Below, one piece after another: positions 6,940 through 17,030 of a DNA stretch of 32,000 nucleotides. Below the pieces are notes generated by a model, which saw nothing but the letters and a program-made list of their open reading frames with translations, did no database searches and was not told the origin of the DNA. Source of the DNA: Schaalia meyeri (lineage in GTDB: Bacteria > Actinomycetota > Actinomycetes > Actinomycetales > Actinomycetaceae); the NCBI RefSeq assembly GCF_900105015.1, contig NZ_FNLK01000005.1, positions 90,001 to 122,000 of the forward strand, written 5' to 3'. Every line of letters starts with the position of its first letter. The first letter of the stretch is position 1. Both the position numbers and the translations under genes were made by a program.

Positions 6940-8796
6940 TTACGGGGTATCGCTCTGGTTCCTGGCCCTGCGCTCCTTTATGCGCGAACCCCATGACGTC
7001 TGTGTCCTGGCTGCGATTGCGCGCCGCTGGTCGCGGTACATGCGGTCCACCAGGTCCCGCTCTGACACCCAACCGACGACACGGCCCTGCTCGTCCAGGA
7101 CCGGGAGGGCCTGCAGCCCGGTGCGGCGAAGCGCTCCCAGGACCTCGGAGGGCTGACTGGAGGCGGCCACGGCCTCGTCAATGAGGGGCAGGTCGGACAG
7201 GGGAGCATCGAGTGCCCCGCCCCCCTGCGTGAGCTCAGCGAGCCGCAGCGACGACACGAGGCCCACAAACCTCATGTCGCGTGCCGCGACGGGCAGCACG
7301 GTCTCCTTCGTGCGGCGCAACGCCGACAGGGCGGACGCGACGGAGGCGGAGGCGGGAAGCACCTCGGGGGGCTCCGCCATCCACTGCGAGGCGACCCGCG
7401 TGCCCAGGAGGGTGCCCTCAACCGGGTCGTCCAGGACGTCCCCGCGCCTGCGCAGCTTCTCCGTGTAGATCGTCGCTCGCGTCAGGAAACGAGAAGAGGC
7501 CGTGGCGATGACGACCGCCAGCATCATTGGCAGGATTAACGAGAACTGCCCGGTCATCTCCACGATGATGAGCACGGCCGTCATGGGCGCGCGGGCGGCA
7601 CCCGCGAATGCCGCGCCCATTCCCACCACGGCGAAAACCCCCACAGGTGAATCGGACAGAGGCGAGATCACGTTTCCGAAAGCCGCGCCAGCCATCGCCC
7701 CGATGAACAGCGTGGGGGCAAAGACGCCGCCCGAGCCGCCGATGCCGATGGTGACGGACGTATAGAGCGCGCGCCCGACCATCAGGGCGAGCAGGAAGGC
7801 GATCGAGAACCGACCGGCGATGGCCTGCTCCTCAAGCGGATAGCCTGACCCGAACATGTGCGGGAACGCCACCAAGGCAGCGCCGAGGAAGAGGCCCAGC
7901 ACCCCCGGTCGCGCCCACTCCGGCATGCGCGCACATGCCCACATCCAGTCAATCGCATCTTCTAACGCGTACAAAAGCTTGGAGAAACCAAGGCCGCACA
8001 GGCCGGCCACGAGGCCCAGCAGCGCGACCCACCACATGTCCGCCTGCGATGCGAAGGACAGGTCGCCCGCGACGCGCACCACCATTTCATCGCCCTGCAA
8101 GAGCCGGGCGACCATCGAAGAGGTGACCGCGGAAAGCACGACGAAGCCGAAGGCCTCGGCCGTGAACTCCGTGAGGATCACCTCGAGAGCGAAGACGGCG
8201 CCCGCGAGCGGGGCGTGGAATGTGGCGGCGATGCCGGCTGCCGACCCGCACGACGCCAGCAACACGACCCGGGAAACCGGCATGCCCATCCACGAGGCGA
8301 TTGTGGAGCCCAGCGATGCGCCCACCTGCACGATGGGGCCTTCGCGTCCCGCGGAGCCGCCAGAGCCGATCGTCAGCGCGGACGCCAGGATCTTTACGAT
8401 GGCGACGCGGCCGGGAATGCGCCCGCCCTTGCGGCGGACCGCGAGCATGACCTCGGGAATACCGTGTCCCTTCGCGCTGGGAGCGAAACGCTGGATGAGC
8501 GGCCCGTACATCAGGCCGGCCACGGCGGGGGAGAACAGCAGGAACACCCACGGAGCCCACCCCCACGTCCCGTGCGCGTCGCCGATGTGGGTCGTGTACT
8601 CGTCGAACCCCGTCGACACCCACGTCCACGCGTGGATCGCCAGATTAAAAAGGACAGCGGCTCCGCCAACCACGGCTCCGACGATGGCGGCGGCGACGCC
8701 CAGCAGGGAACGGTGCGCGGCGACCGTGCGGCCGACGCGCAAGCGGGCTCCCGCAGCCGTCTCTTCCGGGTGCGGGGACAGATCAGGCCGCGTCAC
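6940..8796 (-). CDS. Voltage-gated chloride channel (ClC) family protein with C-terminal CBS pair
   Basis: The 618-aa product carries the ClC selectivity motifs GSGGSAGREGP, GHGIPEV and GIGGSGGVFAP. It has many transmembrane helices and a roughly 150-aa C-terminal CBS-pair-like region. The GTG start at 8796 overlaps the upstream gene's TGA. Confidence 0.9.
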   Translation of the reverse strand: MTRPDLSPHPEETAAGARLRVGRTVAAHRSLLGVAAAIVGAVVGGAAVLFNLAIHAWTWVSTGFDEYTTHIGDAHGTWGWAPWVFLLFSPAVAGLMYGPLIQRFAPSAKGHGIPEVMLAVRRKGGRIPGRVAIVKILASALTIGSGGSAGREGPIVQVGASLGSTIASWMGMPVSRVVLLASCGSAAGIAATFHAPLAGAVFALEVILTEFTAEAFGFVVLSAVTSSMVARLLQGDEMVVRVAGDLSFASQADMWWVALLGLVAGLCGLGFSKLLYALEDAIDWMWACARMPEWARPGVLGLFLGAALVAFPHMFGSGYPLEEQAIAGRFSIAFLLALMVGRALYTSVTIGIGGSGGVFAPTLFIGAMAGAAFGNVISPLSDSPVGVFAVVGMGAAFAGAARAPMTAVLIIVEMTGQFSLILPMMLAVVIATASSRFLTRATIYTEKLRRRGDVLDDPVEGTLLGTRVASQWMAEPPEVLPASASVASALSALRRTKETVLPVAARDMRFVGLVSSLRLAELTQGGGALDAPLSDLPLIDEAVAASSQPSEVLGALRRTGLQALPVLDEQGRVVGWVSERDLVDRMYRDQRRAIAARTQTSWGSRIKERRARNQSDTP

Positions 8797-10793
8797 AGGT
8801 TAGCGATCTCCACGTGAATGGGGGCGTCGGTGGCGATACCCCACACGGTCCGATAGAACGACAGCTCGGACTGCCATGCGTCTTTGATGTTGACTGCCGA
8901 GCGGAAGCCGTGCCCCTCACCCTGGTAGAGCTTGAGCGCCACAGCGCTGCCGCTGGCGCGAAGAGCCTCGTACATCTCCGCGGCCTGGCAGGCCGGGACA
9001 ACCGGGTCGTCGCTGCCATGTAGGAGCAGCAGGGGAGCGTGGATCCGCTTGACCTTGTTGATGGGGGAACGCTGAGTCCACACGGGCTCCGACAGGTCGT
9101 CTGATCCGATCAGCAGCTGATCGTAGTGGGATTCGAACTTGTGTGCGCTCTGCGCGAGCTTCGCCAGGTCAGCAATCCCGTAGAACGAGGCGCCGGCCGT
9201 GAAGATAGGGGAAGATGCCAGCGCATTGAGCGCGGTGAAACCACCGGAGGAGCTGCCGCGGATGGCGATCCTGCGGGGATCGACGTACCCCTGATCGATC
9301 AGGTATTGAGCGCCGTCGATACAGTCCTGCACGTCCATGACGCCCCATTGCCCGTTGAGCTTCTCGCGGTAGGCGCGCCCAAAGGAAGTTGAGCCGCGGA
9401 AGTTGACGTCCAGGACGGCGAAACCGCGGCTGGTCCAGTACTGGAAGGGGACGGACAGGCCGGGGCGTGTCGCACTGGTCGGGCCGCCGTGCACGTTCAC
9501 GATCAGCGGCGGTAGTTCGCCGTCGGGCGCGCAGTAGTCGGGGTTCACGGGCGCGTAGTAGAAGCCGTGCGACTCCTCGCCGTCCGAGGTCTTCCACGTC
9601 AGCATCTGAGCGGTCGATACAAGGGCGGTGGGCACCTGCGCCTCGGAGGAGGGACGCAGAATCTTTGTCTTACCGCGCGACACCTCGATGATCGCCGGCG
9701 TGTGCGTGGCAGAATCCGCCAGGAAAACGACCCGGCCGTCGGCTGCGGCAACGTTACCGATGGGCCACCAGCCGGTCGCCCATTCCTCAGCCATGCCGTT
9801 GTCGATGCGCACGGTGCCGATGTGCCAGATCTGATTCTCGACCCAGGAACACACCAGGTAGTCGTTATCGTAGTTGTCGTAGGAGTGTAGGCCGAGTTGC
9901 CAGTGCGGGTGGGAGAACGCGCGGTGCCCCGGGTGCAGGGCACGGGTGCGCAGGCGCGTCGTCCACGCATTCGGGTCCTCGTCTTCGTGCCAGACGAAGC
10001 CCTGGGTGCGGTACAGGTTCGCCCACGACGAGGAATCATCCACGTGAATAAGGTCTCCGTCCAGCGTCCAACGCGGCTCGTAGACGCACACGCCCGGGCG
10101 GTCGACGAGGACGACCTCCCGGTCGATCGTTCCCTCGAACGTCAGGGAGGCTACCCGCAGCTGCGAGCGCGTCCAGGGCATGTTCGGGTGATCCCAGGAA
10201 ATCCACGCCAGCTTGGTGCCGTCGGGCGAGACCATGGGCGCCTGGGCGAAGTCGGTGCCGCCAAAAACCGTGATGATGGCGTCGTCGTTGCGTGCGGCGG
10301 AGCCGTCGAGCGGAATCGCAACGATCGAGTTCACGGGTTCGCCATCCCCAGAGTGGTCCTCGGCGACCGCGTAGACGAGGCCGCGCACGTCGGCGATCCA
10401 GAAGTCGCCGTAGCGGACCTTTGACAGCGTCGTCAGGGGGCGCACGCCTCGGCGTGGATCCGACGTGTCGTAGGCGTAGACGCGGCCGTCGGTGCGGTCG
10501 GAGAAGACGATGACTCCGTGGTGAACCGCGTAGGCTTTGCCGCCATACTCGTGGACGCGAGTGCCGATGTCAGGCAGGCGAACGCCGTCAATGAGGGGCA
10601 GGACCTCGCCCGTCTCGCCGGTTCCCCTGCGCCGTAGCAGTGTACCGCGACCTCCCTCAAGCGGGTGACCCTCAACCCAGTAGGTGTCGGGACCATCAAC
10701 ACGTACCTGGGACAGGGTGACTGAACGCGCGGTGAAGGAATCACCCGTGATGGGGGACTTCCAGATGCCGTGGGGTGCGACAGTGACGGACAT
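8793..10793 (-). CDS. S9 family serine peptidase (prolyl oligopeptidase / acylaminoacyl-peptidase type)
   Basis: ATG at 10793 is preceded by AAGGAGG with good spacing. A long N-terminal beta-propeller-like region is followed by an alpha/beta hydrolase domain with IAIRGSSSGG (GxSxGG nucleophile elbow), LLLLHGSDDPVV and GEGHGF. The track extension to 10928 has no ribosome-binding site and covers the dxs promoter. Confidence 0.88.
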   Translation of the reverse strand: MSVTVAPHGIWKSPITGDSFTARSVTLSQVRVDGPDTYWVEGHPLEGGRGTLLRRRGTGETGEVLPLIDGVRLPDIGTRVHEYGGKAYAVHHGVIVFSDRTDGRVYAYDTSDPRRGVRPLTTLSKVRYGDFWIADVRGLVYAVAEDHSGDGEPVNSIVAIPLDGSAARNDDAIITVFGGTDFAQAPMVSPDGTKLAWISWDHPNMPWTRSQLRVASLTFEGTIDREVVLVDRPGVCVYEPRWTLDGDLIHVDDSSSWANLYRTQGFVWHEDEDPNAWTTRLRTRALHPGHRAFSHPHWQLGLHSYDNYDNDYLVCSWVENQIWHIGTVRIDNGMAEEWATGWWPIGNVAAADGRVVFLADSATHTPAIIEVSRGKTKILRPSSEAQVPTALVSTAQMLTWKTSDGEESHGFYYAPVNPDYCAPDGELPPLIVNVHGGPTSATRPGLSVPFQYWTSRGFAVLDVNFRGSTSFGRAYREKLNGQWGVMDVQDCIDGAQYLIDQGYVDPRRIAIRGSSSGGFTALNALASSPIFTAGASFYGIADLAKLAQSAHKFESHYDQLLIGSDDLSEPVWTQRSPINKVKRIHAPLLLLHGSDDPVVPACQAAEMYEALRASGSAVALKLYQGEGHGFRSAVNIKDAWQSELSFYRTVWGIATDAPIHVEIANL

Positions 10794-10913
10794 AGTGCCT
10801 CCTTGAGGGGTATGGCGAGCCAACGGTCCCATCTTAGTGCGCGCGATACCAGCCTGCGCGGATCGGGCAGGGGAGGATTCCGCTTCGATCCGCTGGTGGG
10901 ACGCTCGGGCAAC

Positions 10914-10919
10914 TACACT
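10914..10919 (+). promoter_or_regulatory. -10-like hexamer TACACT placed for a leaderless dxs transcript
   Basis: TACACT (TAnnnT) ends 7 nt before the A of the dxs ATG (10927). There is no Shine-Dalgarno sequence in between. Confidence 0.4.
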
Positions 10920-10926
10920 GGTGCTC

Positions 10927-12828
10927 ATGTCTGGAGCACATGAGTCGCGTGACCTGCTATCGCGATGTACCGCACCGTGGGAGCTGCGTCGTCTGGAGCG
11001 GGGACAACTGGACCAATTGGCGGCGCAGATTCGAGCGTTTCTGATCGATAATGTCGCTCGTACGGGTGGTCACCTGGGCCCCAACCTGGGCGTGGTTGAA
11101 CTCACGATCGGGCTGCATCGGGTGTTTCGTTCCCCGCAGGACACGGTCGTGTTCGACACGGGACACCAGGCGTACGTCCACAAGCTGCTCACGGGGCGCC
11201 AGGACTTTTCTTCCCTGCGGTGCCCGGGCGGTTTGTCGGGCTACCCCTCACGCTCTGAGTCGGAGCACGACGTGGTGGAGTCCTCGCACGCATCGGCATC
11301 GCTGGCGTGGGTGGACGGTATTTCCCGCGAGAAGCACCGCCGGGGGGACCGGACCTGGACGGTTGGCGTCATTGGAGACGGGGCGCTGACGGGTGGGATG
11401 GCATGGGAGGCGCTCAATAACATTGCGACCGCGAAGAATCGTCGCATCGCCATCGTTATCAACGACAACGGGCGCTCGTATGCTCCGACGATCGGCGGGT
11501 TGGCTGCCCACCTGGACGCCCTGCGCACGTCGGCGGGGTACGAGCGCGCGCTCGCGTGGGGCAAGCAGCACCTGCTTAGTCACGGGGTTCCCGGGCGAGC
11601 GGCCTACGACGCGTTGCACGGCCTGAAGACCGGCATCAAAGACGCGCTGATCCCGCAGGTCATGTTCGAGGACCTGGGACTTAAGTACATCGGTCCTGTC
11701 AACGGCCACGACATCGCCGCGGTCGAAAGGGCGCTGAGGCGCGCGCGATCCCTGGACGAACCGGTTCTCGTACACATGATCACCGAGAAGGGACGCGGAT
11801 ACACGCCCGCCGAGGAAGACATCGCGGATCGCTTCCACGCCGTGGGCCCGATTCACCCGGAGACGGGCCTGCCCATCGCCCCGGAGCGTTTCGGTTTTAC
11901 GGGCGTCTTTGCCGACGAGATCCGCTCATTGGCGGCCGCGCGTGATGACATCGTCGGCATCACGGCCGCGATGATGCATCCGGTCGGACTGGGCCCCATG
12001 CACGAGGCGTTCCCCGGTCGAGTTATCGACGTCGGCATCGCCGAAGCCGAGGCCGTCACCTCTGCCGCCGGCATGGCCTACGAGGGGGCGCACCCCGTGG
12101 TCGCCCTGTACGCGACGTTCCTGAATCGAGGCTTCGATCAGCTGCTCATGGATGTTGCCCTTCATCGGGCGGGCGTAACCTTTGTCCTGGACCGTGCGGG
12201 CATCACGGGCACCGACGGAGCCTCCCACAACGGAGTGTGGGACATCGCCATGTGTTCGCTCATTCCCGGCGTCCGCCTGGCCGCGCCCCGAGACGAAGCC
12301 ACGCTGCGCGAGGAACTTCGCGAGGCTCTTGACGTCGCCGACGCGCCGACCGTCGTACGCTACCGGAAGGGTGCTCTCCCCGAACCGATGCCCGCGCTGC
12401 GCAGGGTCGGGGGAATCGATGTCCTCTTCGAGGAGGAGGTGGAGGCCTCGTCCGCCCGGGTGCTCATCGTCGGTGCGGGGGCGTGTGTGCCCGACGCGCT
12501 TAAGGCGGCTCGTCGGTTGGCTGCAGGCGGCGTCAGTGTCACGGTGGTTGACCCCCGGTGGCTGCTGCCCATTCGCGCCGACCTGACCTCCTTCGCGTCG
12601 ACCTTCGATTGCGTGATCAGCGTCGAGGACGGGATCGTGCGCGGCGGCTTCGGGTGGGCTCTCAGGGATGCTTTATACGATTCGGGCGTTCCCGTGCGGT
12701 GCCTCGGCGTTCCCCAGATCCTGCCGGAGCACGGAGACCGATCCGCGATGATCAGGGAGTTCGGGTACGACGCGAGCGGCATCGAATCTGCCGTCCGCGT
12801 GCAGGTCGAGGGCCTCGTCCGCTGCTAG
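10927..12828 (+). CDS. dxs: 1-deoxy-D-xylulose-5-phosphate synthase
   Basis: The 633-aa product from ATG 10927 shows DNVARTGGHLGPNLGVVELT, the thiamine-diphosphate motif GDGALTGGMAWEALNN and a transketolase-like pyrimidine-binding and C-terminal domain. The track start at 10837 overlaps the divergent gene's upstream region. Confidence 0.95.
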   Translation: MSGAHESRDLLSRCTAPWELRRLERGQLDQLAAQIRAFLIDNVARTGGHLGPNLGVVELTIGLHRVFRSPQDTVVFDTGHQAYVHKLLTGRQDFSSLRCPGGLSGYPSRSESEHDVVESSHASASLAWVDGISREKHRRGDRTWTVGVIGDGALTGGMAWEALNNIATAKNRRIAIVINDNGRSYAPTIGGLAAHLDALRTSAGYERALAWGKQHLLSHGVPGRAAYDALHGLKTGIKDALIPQVMFEDLGLKYIGPVNGHDIAAVERALRRARSLDEPVLVHMITEKGRGYTPAEEDIADRFHAVGPIHPETGLPIAPERFGFTGVFADEIRSLAAARDDIVGITAAMMHPVGLGPMHEAFPGRVIDVGIAEAEAVTSAAGMAYEGAHPVVALYATFLNRGFDQLLMDVALHRAGVTFVLDRAGITGTDGASHNGVWDIAMCSLIPGVRLAAPRDEATLREELREALDVADAPTVVRYRKGALPEPMPALRRVGGIDVLFEEEVEASSARVLIVGAGACVPDALKAARRLAAGGVSVTVVDPRWLLPIRADLTSFASTFDCVISVEDGIVRGGFGWALRDALYDSGVPVRCLGVPQILPEHGDRSAMIREFGYDASGIESAVRVQVEGLVRC

Positions 12829-12850
12829 GGGGAAGGACAGGGGACAGGGG

Positions 12851-14095
12851 TCAGACGCCGAGCGCGTCGCAGATGGGGTCGAGCGTCAGGTCGATCTGCC
12901 AGTCCCTGGCCCCCCGGAACACCATGCGTTCCTCCACCTCGTCACCGGACGGGCGCGAGGGATCCAGGGGGGCCCAAGCCAGGTAGCGTTGTACCTGCGG
13001 TGCCAGCACAACTTCGGGGGCCAAGTCGAGCCTCGAGGCGACCGACGCGACCGTGGCGCGTACGGTTCCCAGCCGGGCGGCAGCGGATTCGTCGATGCGA
13101 TTCCACTGGCGTGGCTCCGGAATCGAACCCGGTTGAACGGGCCTGTTCTTGGGTGGAAGCTCGTCTTCTGCCATTGCGTTGACGCTGGCGAGGGCGTGCA
13201 TCCACTCGTTCATGTACTGCTTGGCAACGGGGGATCGGAACTCGTTGATGCTCATGAGCGCGCGCCTGTTCTTGGGTGGCGCAGCCGCTGCACGTATCAG
13301 TGCCGCGTTACGTACGAGGCGACCGGGGGACAGGTCGATGCGGCGCGCAATCGACTCGCGTGTCTCCCACAGTGCCTTGAGCACGCCCAGGCCTCGGCGG
13401 CTGCGAATTTTTCCGGATCCTGGTACGGATCTCCACCGATCCGGTTTCGTGGCAGCGGGCGGAACCGACAGCGAGTACGAGAACTCCTGTTGAGCCCACT
13501 CCCACCGACCCATCTGATCGAGCTTCTTTGACAGGCGGTAGTACAGCTCCGTGAGGAGCTCAACGTCCAGCGCGGCGTAGCGTAGCCATTCTTTGGGGAG
13601 AGGACGAACCGACCAATCCGAAGCCTGGTGGTCCTTGACGAGGCCCAGGCCCAGCACCTGCTCAGCGACCGCCGCCAGGCCGAAGCGCTGCAAGCCAACC
13701 AGGCGCGCCGCGATTTCGGTGTCGAACAGCGAGGACGGACGCAAACCAACCTGACGAAGATTCGGCAGGTCCTGCAGACAATCGTGGAGGAGCCACACGT
13801 CCTCCAGCCCGGGCTGCAACGCGGACAGATCGGGCAGCGCGTGGGTGTCGATCAGGAAAGTCCCAACATCCTCGCGTCGAATCTGCACCAGGTAGGGGTC
13901 AGAGCCGTAGCGAAAGCCCTGGGCGCGCTCCACATCCAGGGCGACCGGGGCCGTGCCCGTTTTCAGGTTGCGTACGGCACGCTCAAGGTCGTGCTGCGTG
14001 TCAATGACGGCGGGAATCCCCCCGCGCGGCTGCGCGATGAGCTTCGGGTCATCCGTATCGCCGCGCGGCAAGCCGCCGCCGTTGTTGATCAACAC
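12851..14095 (-). CDS. rnd: Ribonuclease D / 3'-5' exonuclease with HRDC domain
   Basis: The 414-aa product has the DEDD exonuclease motif I ALDVERAQGFRY and the later motif YAALDVELL. An HRDC-like region is RESIARRIDLSPGRLVRNAAL. Its GTG start directly abuts the DUF3000 stop (TGAGTG). It sits next to dxs as in mycobacterial synteny. Confidence 0.85.
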   Translation of the reverse strand: MLINNGGGLPRGDTDDPKLIAQPRGGIPAVIDTQHDLERAVRNLKTGTAPVALDVERAQGFRYGSDPYLVQIRREDVGTFLIDTHALPDLSALQPGLEDVWLLHDCLQDLPNLRQVGLRPSSLFDTEIAARLVGLQRFGLAAVAEQVLGLGLVKDHQASDWSVRPLPKEWLRYAALDVELLTELYYRLSKKLDQMGRWEWAQQEFSYSLSVPPAATKPDRWRSVPGSGKIRSRRGLGVLKALWETRESIARRIDLSPGRLVRNAALIRAAAAPPKNRRALMSINEFRSPVAKQYMNEWMHALASVNAMAEDELPPKNRPVQPGSIPEPRQWNRIDESAAARLGTVRATVASVASRLDLAPEVVLAPQVQRYLAWAPLDPSRPSGDEVEERMVFRGARDWQIDLTLDPICDALGV

Positions 14096-14650
14096 TCAGA
14101 CTCCTTCGAGATGGCGCGTCGGAACGATACCCGCCGTCCGACGCATCACATCTGCCCACCCGGACAGATGCTCACCAAGATACTCGCTGTTCGGCGTCCA
14201 CGAGGCGCGCACGTCAACGAACAGAGATGAGCCGCGCAGCTCAAGCCCCCCGAATGCTTCGCTTATTTCCCGCGTCACGGTGCCCGTTAGGTCATGGAAT
14301 CCAGCACCGGCCGCGTCTAAACAATCGTGGGTCCAGCCCCAGACGCCTTCCGCGAGGAGCGGGTCCGCGATCATCTCAGAATCGATCTGGGTGCGTAGCT
14401 GACCAACCATACGGAACGTCCCGTTCCAGCCAATTTGCTCCACAGGGTCGTGCAGGATGACTATGCGACCAGTAGACAGGGGCTGTCCCGCGTCGTCCTC
14501 GTCTGTCGTGCGCATCGCGAGTGCCGCTGCGAAGGGCGCCAAACCACGAGGTGAGGGAACCTCCTCAAGGAGTATGTGCGGCAGGTGGTCGGCCTGTCGC
14601 AGGGACAGCAGGGCCCGCACAAACCTCTCGGGCACCGCATTTTCATTCAC
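14096..14650 (-). CDS. DUF3000 domain-containing protein
   Basis: This 184-aa ORF (GTG start) lies upstream of rnd in the same operon. PERFVRALLSLRQA...LLEEVPSPRGLAPFAAAL and its position (Rv2680-like) fit DUF3000. Confidence 0.65.
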   Translation of the reverse strand: MNENAVPERFVRALLSLRQADHLPHILLEEVPSPRGLAPFAAALAMRTTDEDDAGQPLSTGRIVILHDPVEQIGWNGTFRMVGQLRTQIDSEMIADPLLAEGVWGWTHDCLDAAGAGFHDLTGTVTREISEAFGGLELRGSSLFVDVRASWTPNSEYLGEHLSGWADVMRRTAGIVPTRHLEGV

Positions 14651-14766
14651 AATTTAAATCGTACGAGTGTCACCACGTCTTTTGGTACAGACGCGCCGCT
14701 GAGGCTAATCTCGATAAGTAGCCGGTACGTTTTTCGAGTAATGGCTTATCCTCAATGGGGCTGTCG

Positions 14767-16878
14767 TCATAAACCTCGCGGGTTACGCAGGATAAAGGAT
14801 GTGCGTGGCGTGACGTGAACAATGTCCCCGGAATGATATTCACGGTGATCATCGTCGCCAGCGGTATCGACGACCGTGTACCACACGTGTCCGTACTTTG
14901 TGTCCGGCAGCGTGAAGTCGACCGGTTCCGGCGCGGCGTTCAGAAGCAGGAGGAAGTCATCGTCCAGGATTGGGCGCCCGTTTGCGTCCGGCTCGCAGAT
15001 TGCATCCCCGTTATAAAAGACCATCGTTGAGCGGGCCCACGGTTGATTCCATTCCTCTTCCGTCATGTGCGTTCCGGCCGGGGTGAACCATTCGATCTCA
15101 CCGAGCTCCGATTCGCCGCCGCGCCGCGCGGGCCCCTCAAGGAATCGCCGACGGCGCATGACCGGATGATCGCGACGCAAGTGGATGAGGTGGCGGGTGA
15201 ACTGCAACAGTTTGTGATCGTGTTCGTCCAGTTTCCAGTCAATCCAAGACAGCTCGTTGTCCTGGCAGTACACGTTGTTGTTGCCGCGCTGCGTGCGTCC
15301 GAGCTCATCCCCGTGAGCGATCATCGGAACGCCCTGTGAGAACATCAAAGTCGTGAGGAAATTTCGCTGCTGGCGGTAGCGCAATTCAACGATCTCTTCG
15401 TCGTCCGTGTCACCCTCGGTGCCACAGTTCCACGAACGGTTGTCGTTCGCGCCATCCGCGCCACCCTCGAGATTTGCTTCGTTGTGCTTGTCGTTGTAAG
15501 AGACCAGGTCGCGCAGGGTAAAGCCATCGTGCGCGATCACGAAGTTCACCGACGCCATCGGCTTGCGCCCGGTCGTCCCGTAAAGGTCCGACGAGCCTGC
15601 CAGTCGGGAGGCGAAATCCGGTAGGGATGAGAACTCGCCTCGCCAGAAATCGCGGACCGTATCGCGGTAACGTCCATTCCATTCCGACCAGAGCGGAGGG
15701 AAGCCACCCACCTGGTAGCCGTCCGCGCCGACGTCCCACGGCTCGGCGATCAGCTTGACCTGCGAGACCACAGGATCCTGGTGGATCAGGTCGAAGAAAG
15801 CGGATAGGCGGTCGACCTCGGCGAACTGTCGGGCGAGCGTGGAGGCCAGATCGAATCGGAAACCGTCCACGTGCATCTCTGTTACCCAGTATCGCAGTGA
15901 GTCCATGATGAGCTGGAGAACCTGCGGGGAGCTCATGAGCAACGAATTGCCCGTGCCCGTCGTGTCGAAATAGTGCTGGCGATCCCCGTCAACCAGCCGA
16001 TAGTACGAGGGGTTGTCGATGCCGCGGAACGACAGGGTGGGGCCCATGTGGTTGCCCTCCGCCGTGTGGTTGTATACGACGTCCAAGATGACCTCGATGT
16101 TGGCCGCGTGCAGGGCTTTCACCATAGCCTTGAACTCCGACACTTGTGCCCCGGGATCGGTCGAGGCCGCGTAGGCGTTGTGCGGGGCAAAGTAACCGAT
16201 TGTGTTGTAGCCCCAGTAGTTGGATAGGCCCTTGGCCTGGAGCGTCGTGTCGTTGGTGAACTGGTGGATCGGCATGAGCTCGACCGCCGTCACGCCGAGC
16301 TTGCACAGGTGTTCGATGATCGCGGGATGCGCCATGCCCGCATACGTTCCCCGCAGCTCTTCTGGTACCTCCGGATGCCGCATCGTCATGCCCTTGATGT
16401 GGGCCTCGTAAATGATGGTCTCCGAATAGTCGTGTCCAGGGCTGTGATCTCCCTCCCAGTCAAAGAAGGGATTAACCACGACCGAATGCATGGTCGACTC
16501 CGTGGAATCGCCCCCCTTGAGGATCAGGGGATCGTCGGCGCGATAGGACAGGAGGTCGATCGAGTCGGTGAGCTGGCCCTCGATCGCCTTTGCGTAGGGA
16601 TCGAGGAGGAGCTTGGACGGGTCGCATCGCAGGCCGTTGCGAGGGTCCCACGGGCCCTCGATTCGGTAGCCGTAGCGCTGCCCGGCGCGCACCTGGGGAA
16701 CGTAGACGTGCCAGACCCACGCGTCCACCTCGGTCATCGGGATTCGCATTTCGTTGAGGCTCTCGTCTAGCAAGCACAGGGTCACCGAAGTGGCGACAGA
16801 CGAGTAAATCGCAAAGTTCGTACCGGTTCCGTCGAATGTAGCGCCCAGAGGGTACGCCTTACCAGGTCGAGTATCCAT
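14767..16878 (-). CDS. glgX: Glycogen debranching enzyme GlgX (GH13)
   Basis: From ATG 16878 the product begins MDTRPGKAYPLGATFDGTGTNFAIYS, a typical GlgX N-terminus. GH13 catalytic regions are ILDVVYNHT, VDGFRFDLAS, IAEPWD and FVIAHDGF. The alternative GTG at 16905 adds 9 aa. Confidence 0.93.
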   Translation of the reverse strand: MDTRPGKAYPLGATFDGTGTNFAIYSSVATSVTLCLLDESLNEMRIPMTEVDAWVWHVYVPQVRAGQRYGYRIEGPWDPRNGLRCDPSKLLLDPYAKAIEGQLTDSIDLLSYRADDPLILKGGDSTESTMHSVVVNPFFDWEGDHSPGHDYSETIIYEAHIKGMTMRHPEVPEELRGTYAGMAHPAIIEHLCKLGVTAVELMPIHQFTNDTTLQAKGLSNYWGYNTIGYFAPHNAYAASTDPGAQVSEFKAMVKALHAANIEVILDVVYNHTAEGNHMGPTLSFRGIDNPSYYRLVDGDRQHYFDTTGTGNSLLMSSPQVLQLIMDSLRYWVTEMHVDGFRFDLASTLARQFAEVDRLSAFFDLIHQDPVVSQVKLIAEPWDVGADGYQVGGFPPLWSEWNGRYRDTVRDFWRGEFSSLPDFASRLAGSSDLYGTTGRKPMASVNFVIAHDGFTLRDLVSYNDKHNEANLEGGADGANDNRSWNCGTEGDTDDEEIVELRYRQQRNFLTTLMFSQGVPMIAHGDELGRTQRGNNNVYCQDNELSWIDWKLDEHDHKLLQFTRHLIHLRRDHPVMRRRRFLEGPARRGGESELGEIEWFTPAGTHMTEEEWNQPWARSTMVFYNGDAICEPDANGRPILDDDFLLLLNAAPEPVDFTLPDTKYGHVWYTVVDTAGDDDHREYHSGDIVHVTPRTSFILRNPRGL

Positions 16879-17030
16879 ACCCTCAAGAGTGGCACGAAAG
16901 CGCACCGACCGGCAGTAATCTTCCCGCAGAGGTCGTGTGACTTGGATAACTGACTCTTGGCTTTGCGTTCGCAGGGGGAGGTCTGTTATCGTTTTATCCG
17001 TTGCACGGGACGGTTGGCGTTTCGGCAGAC

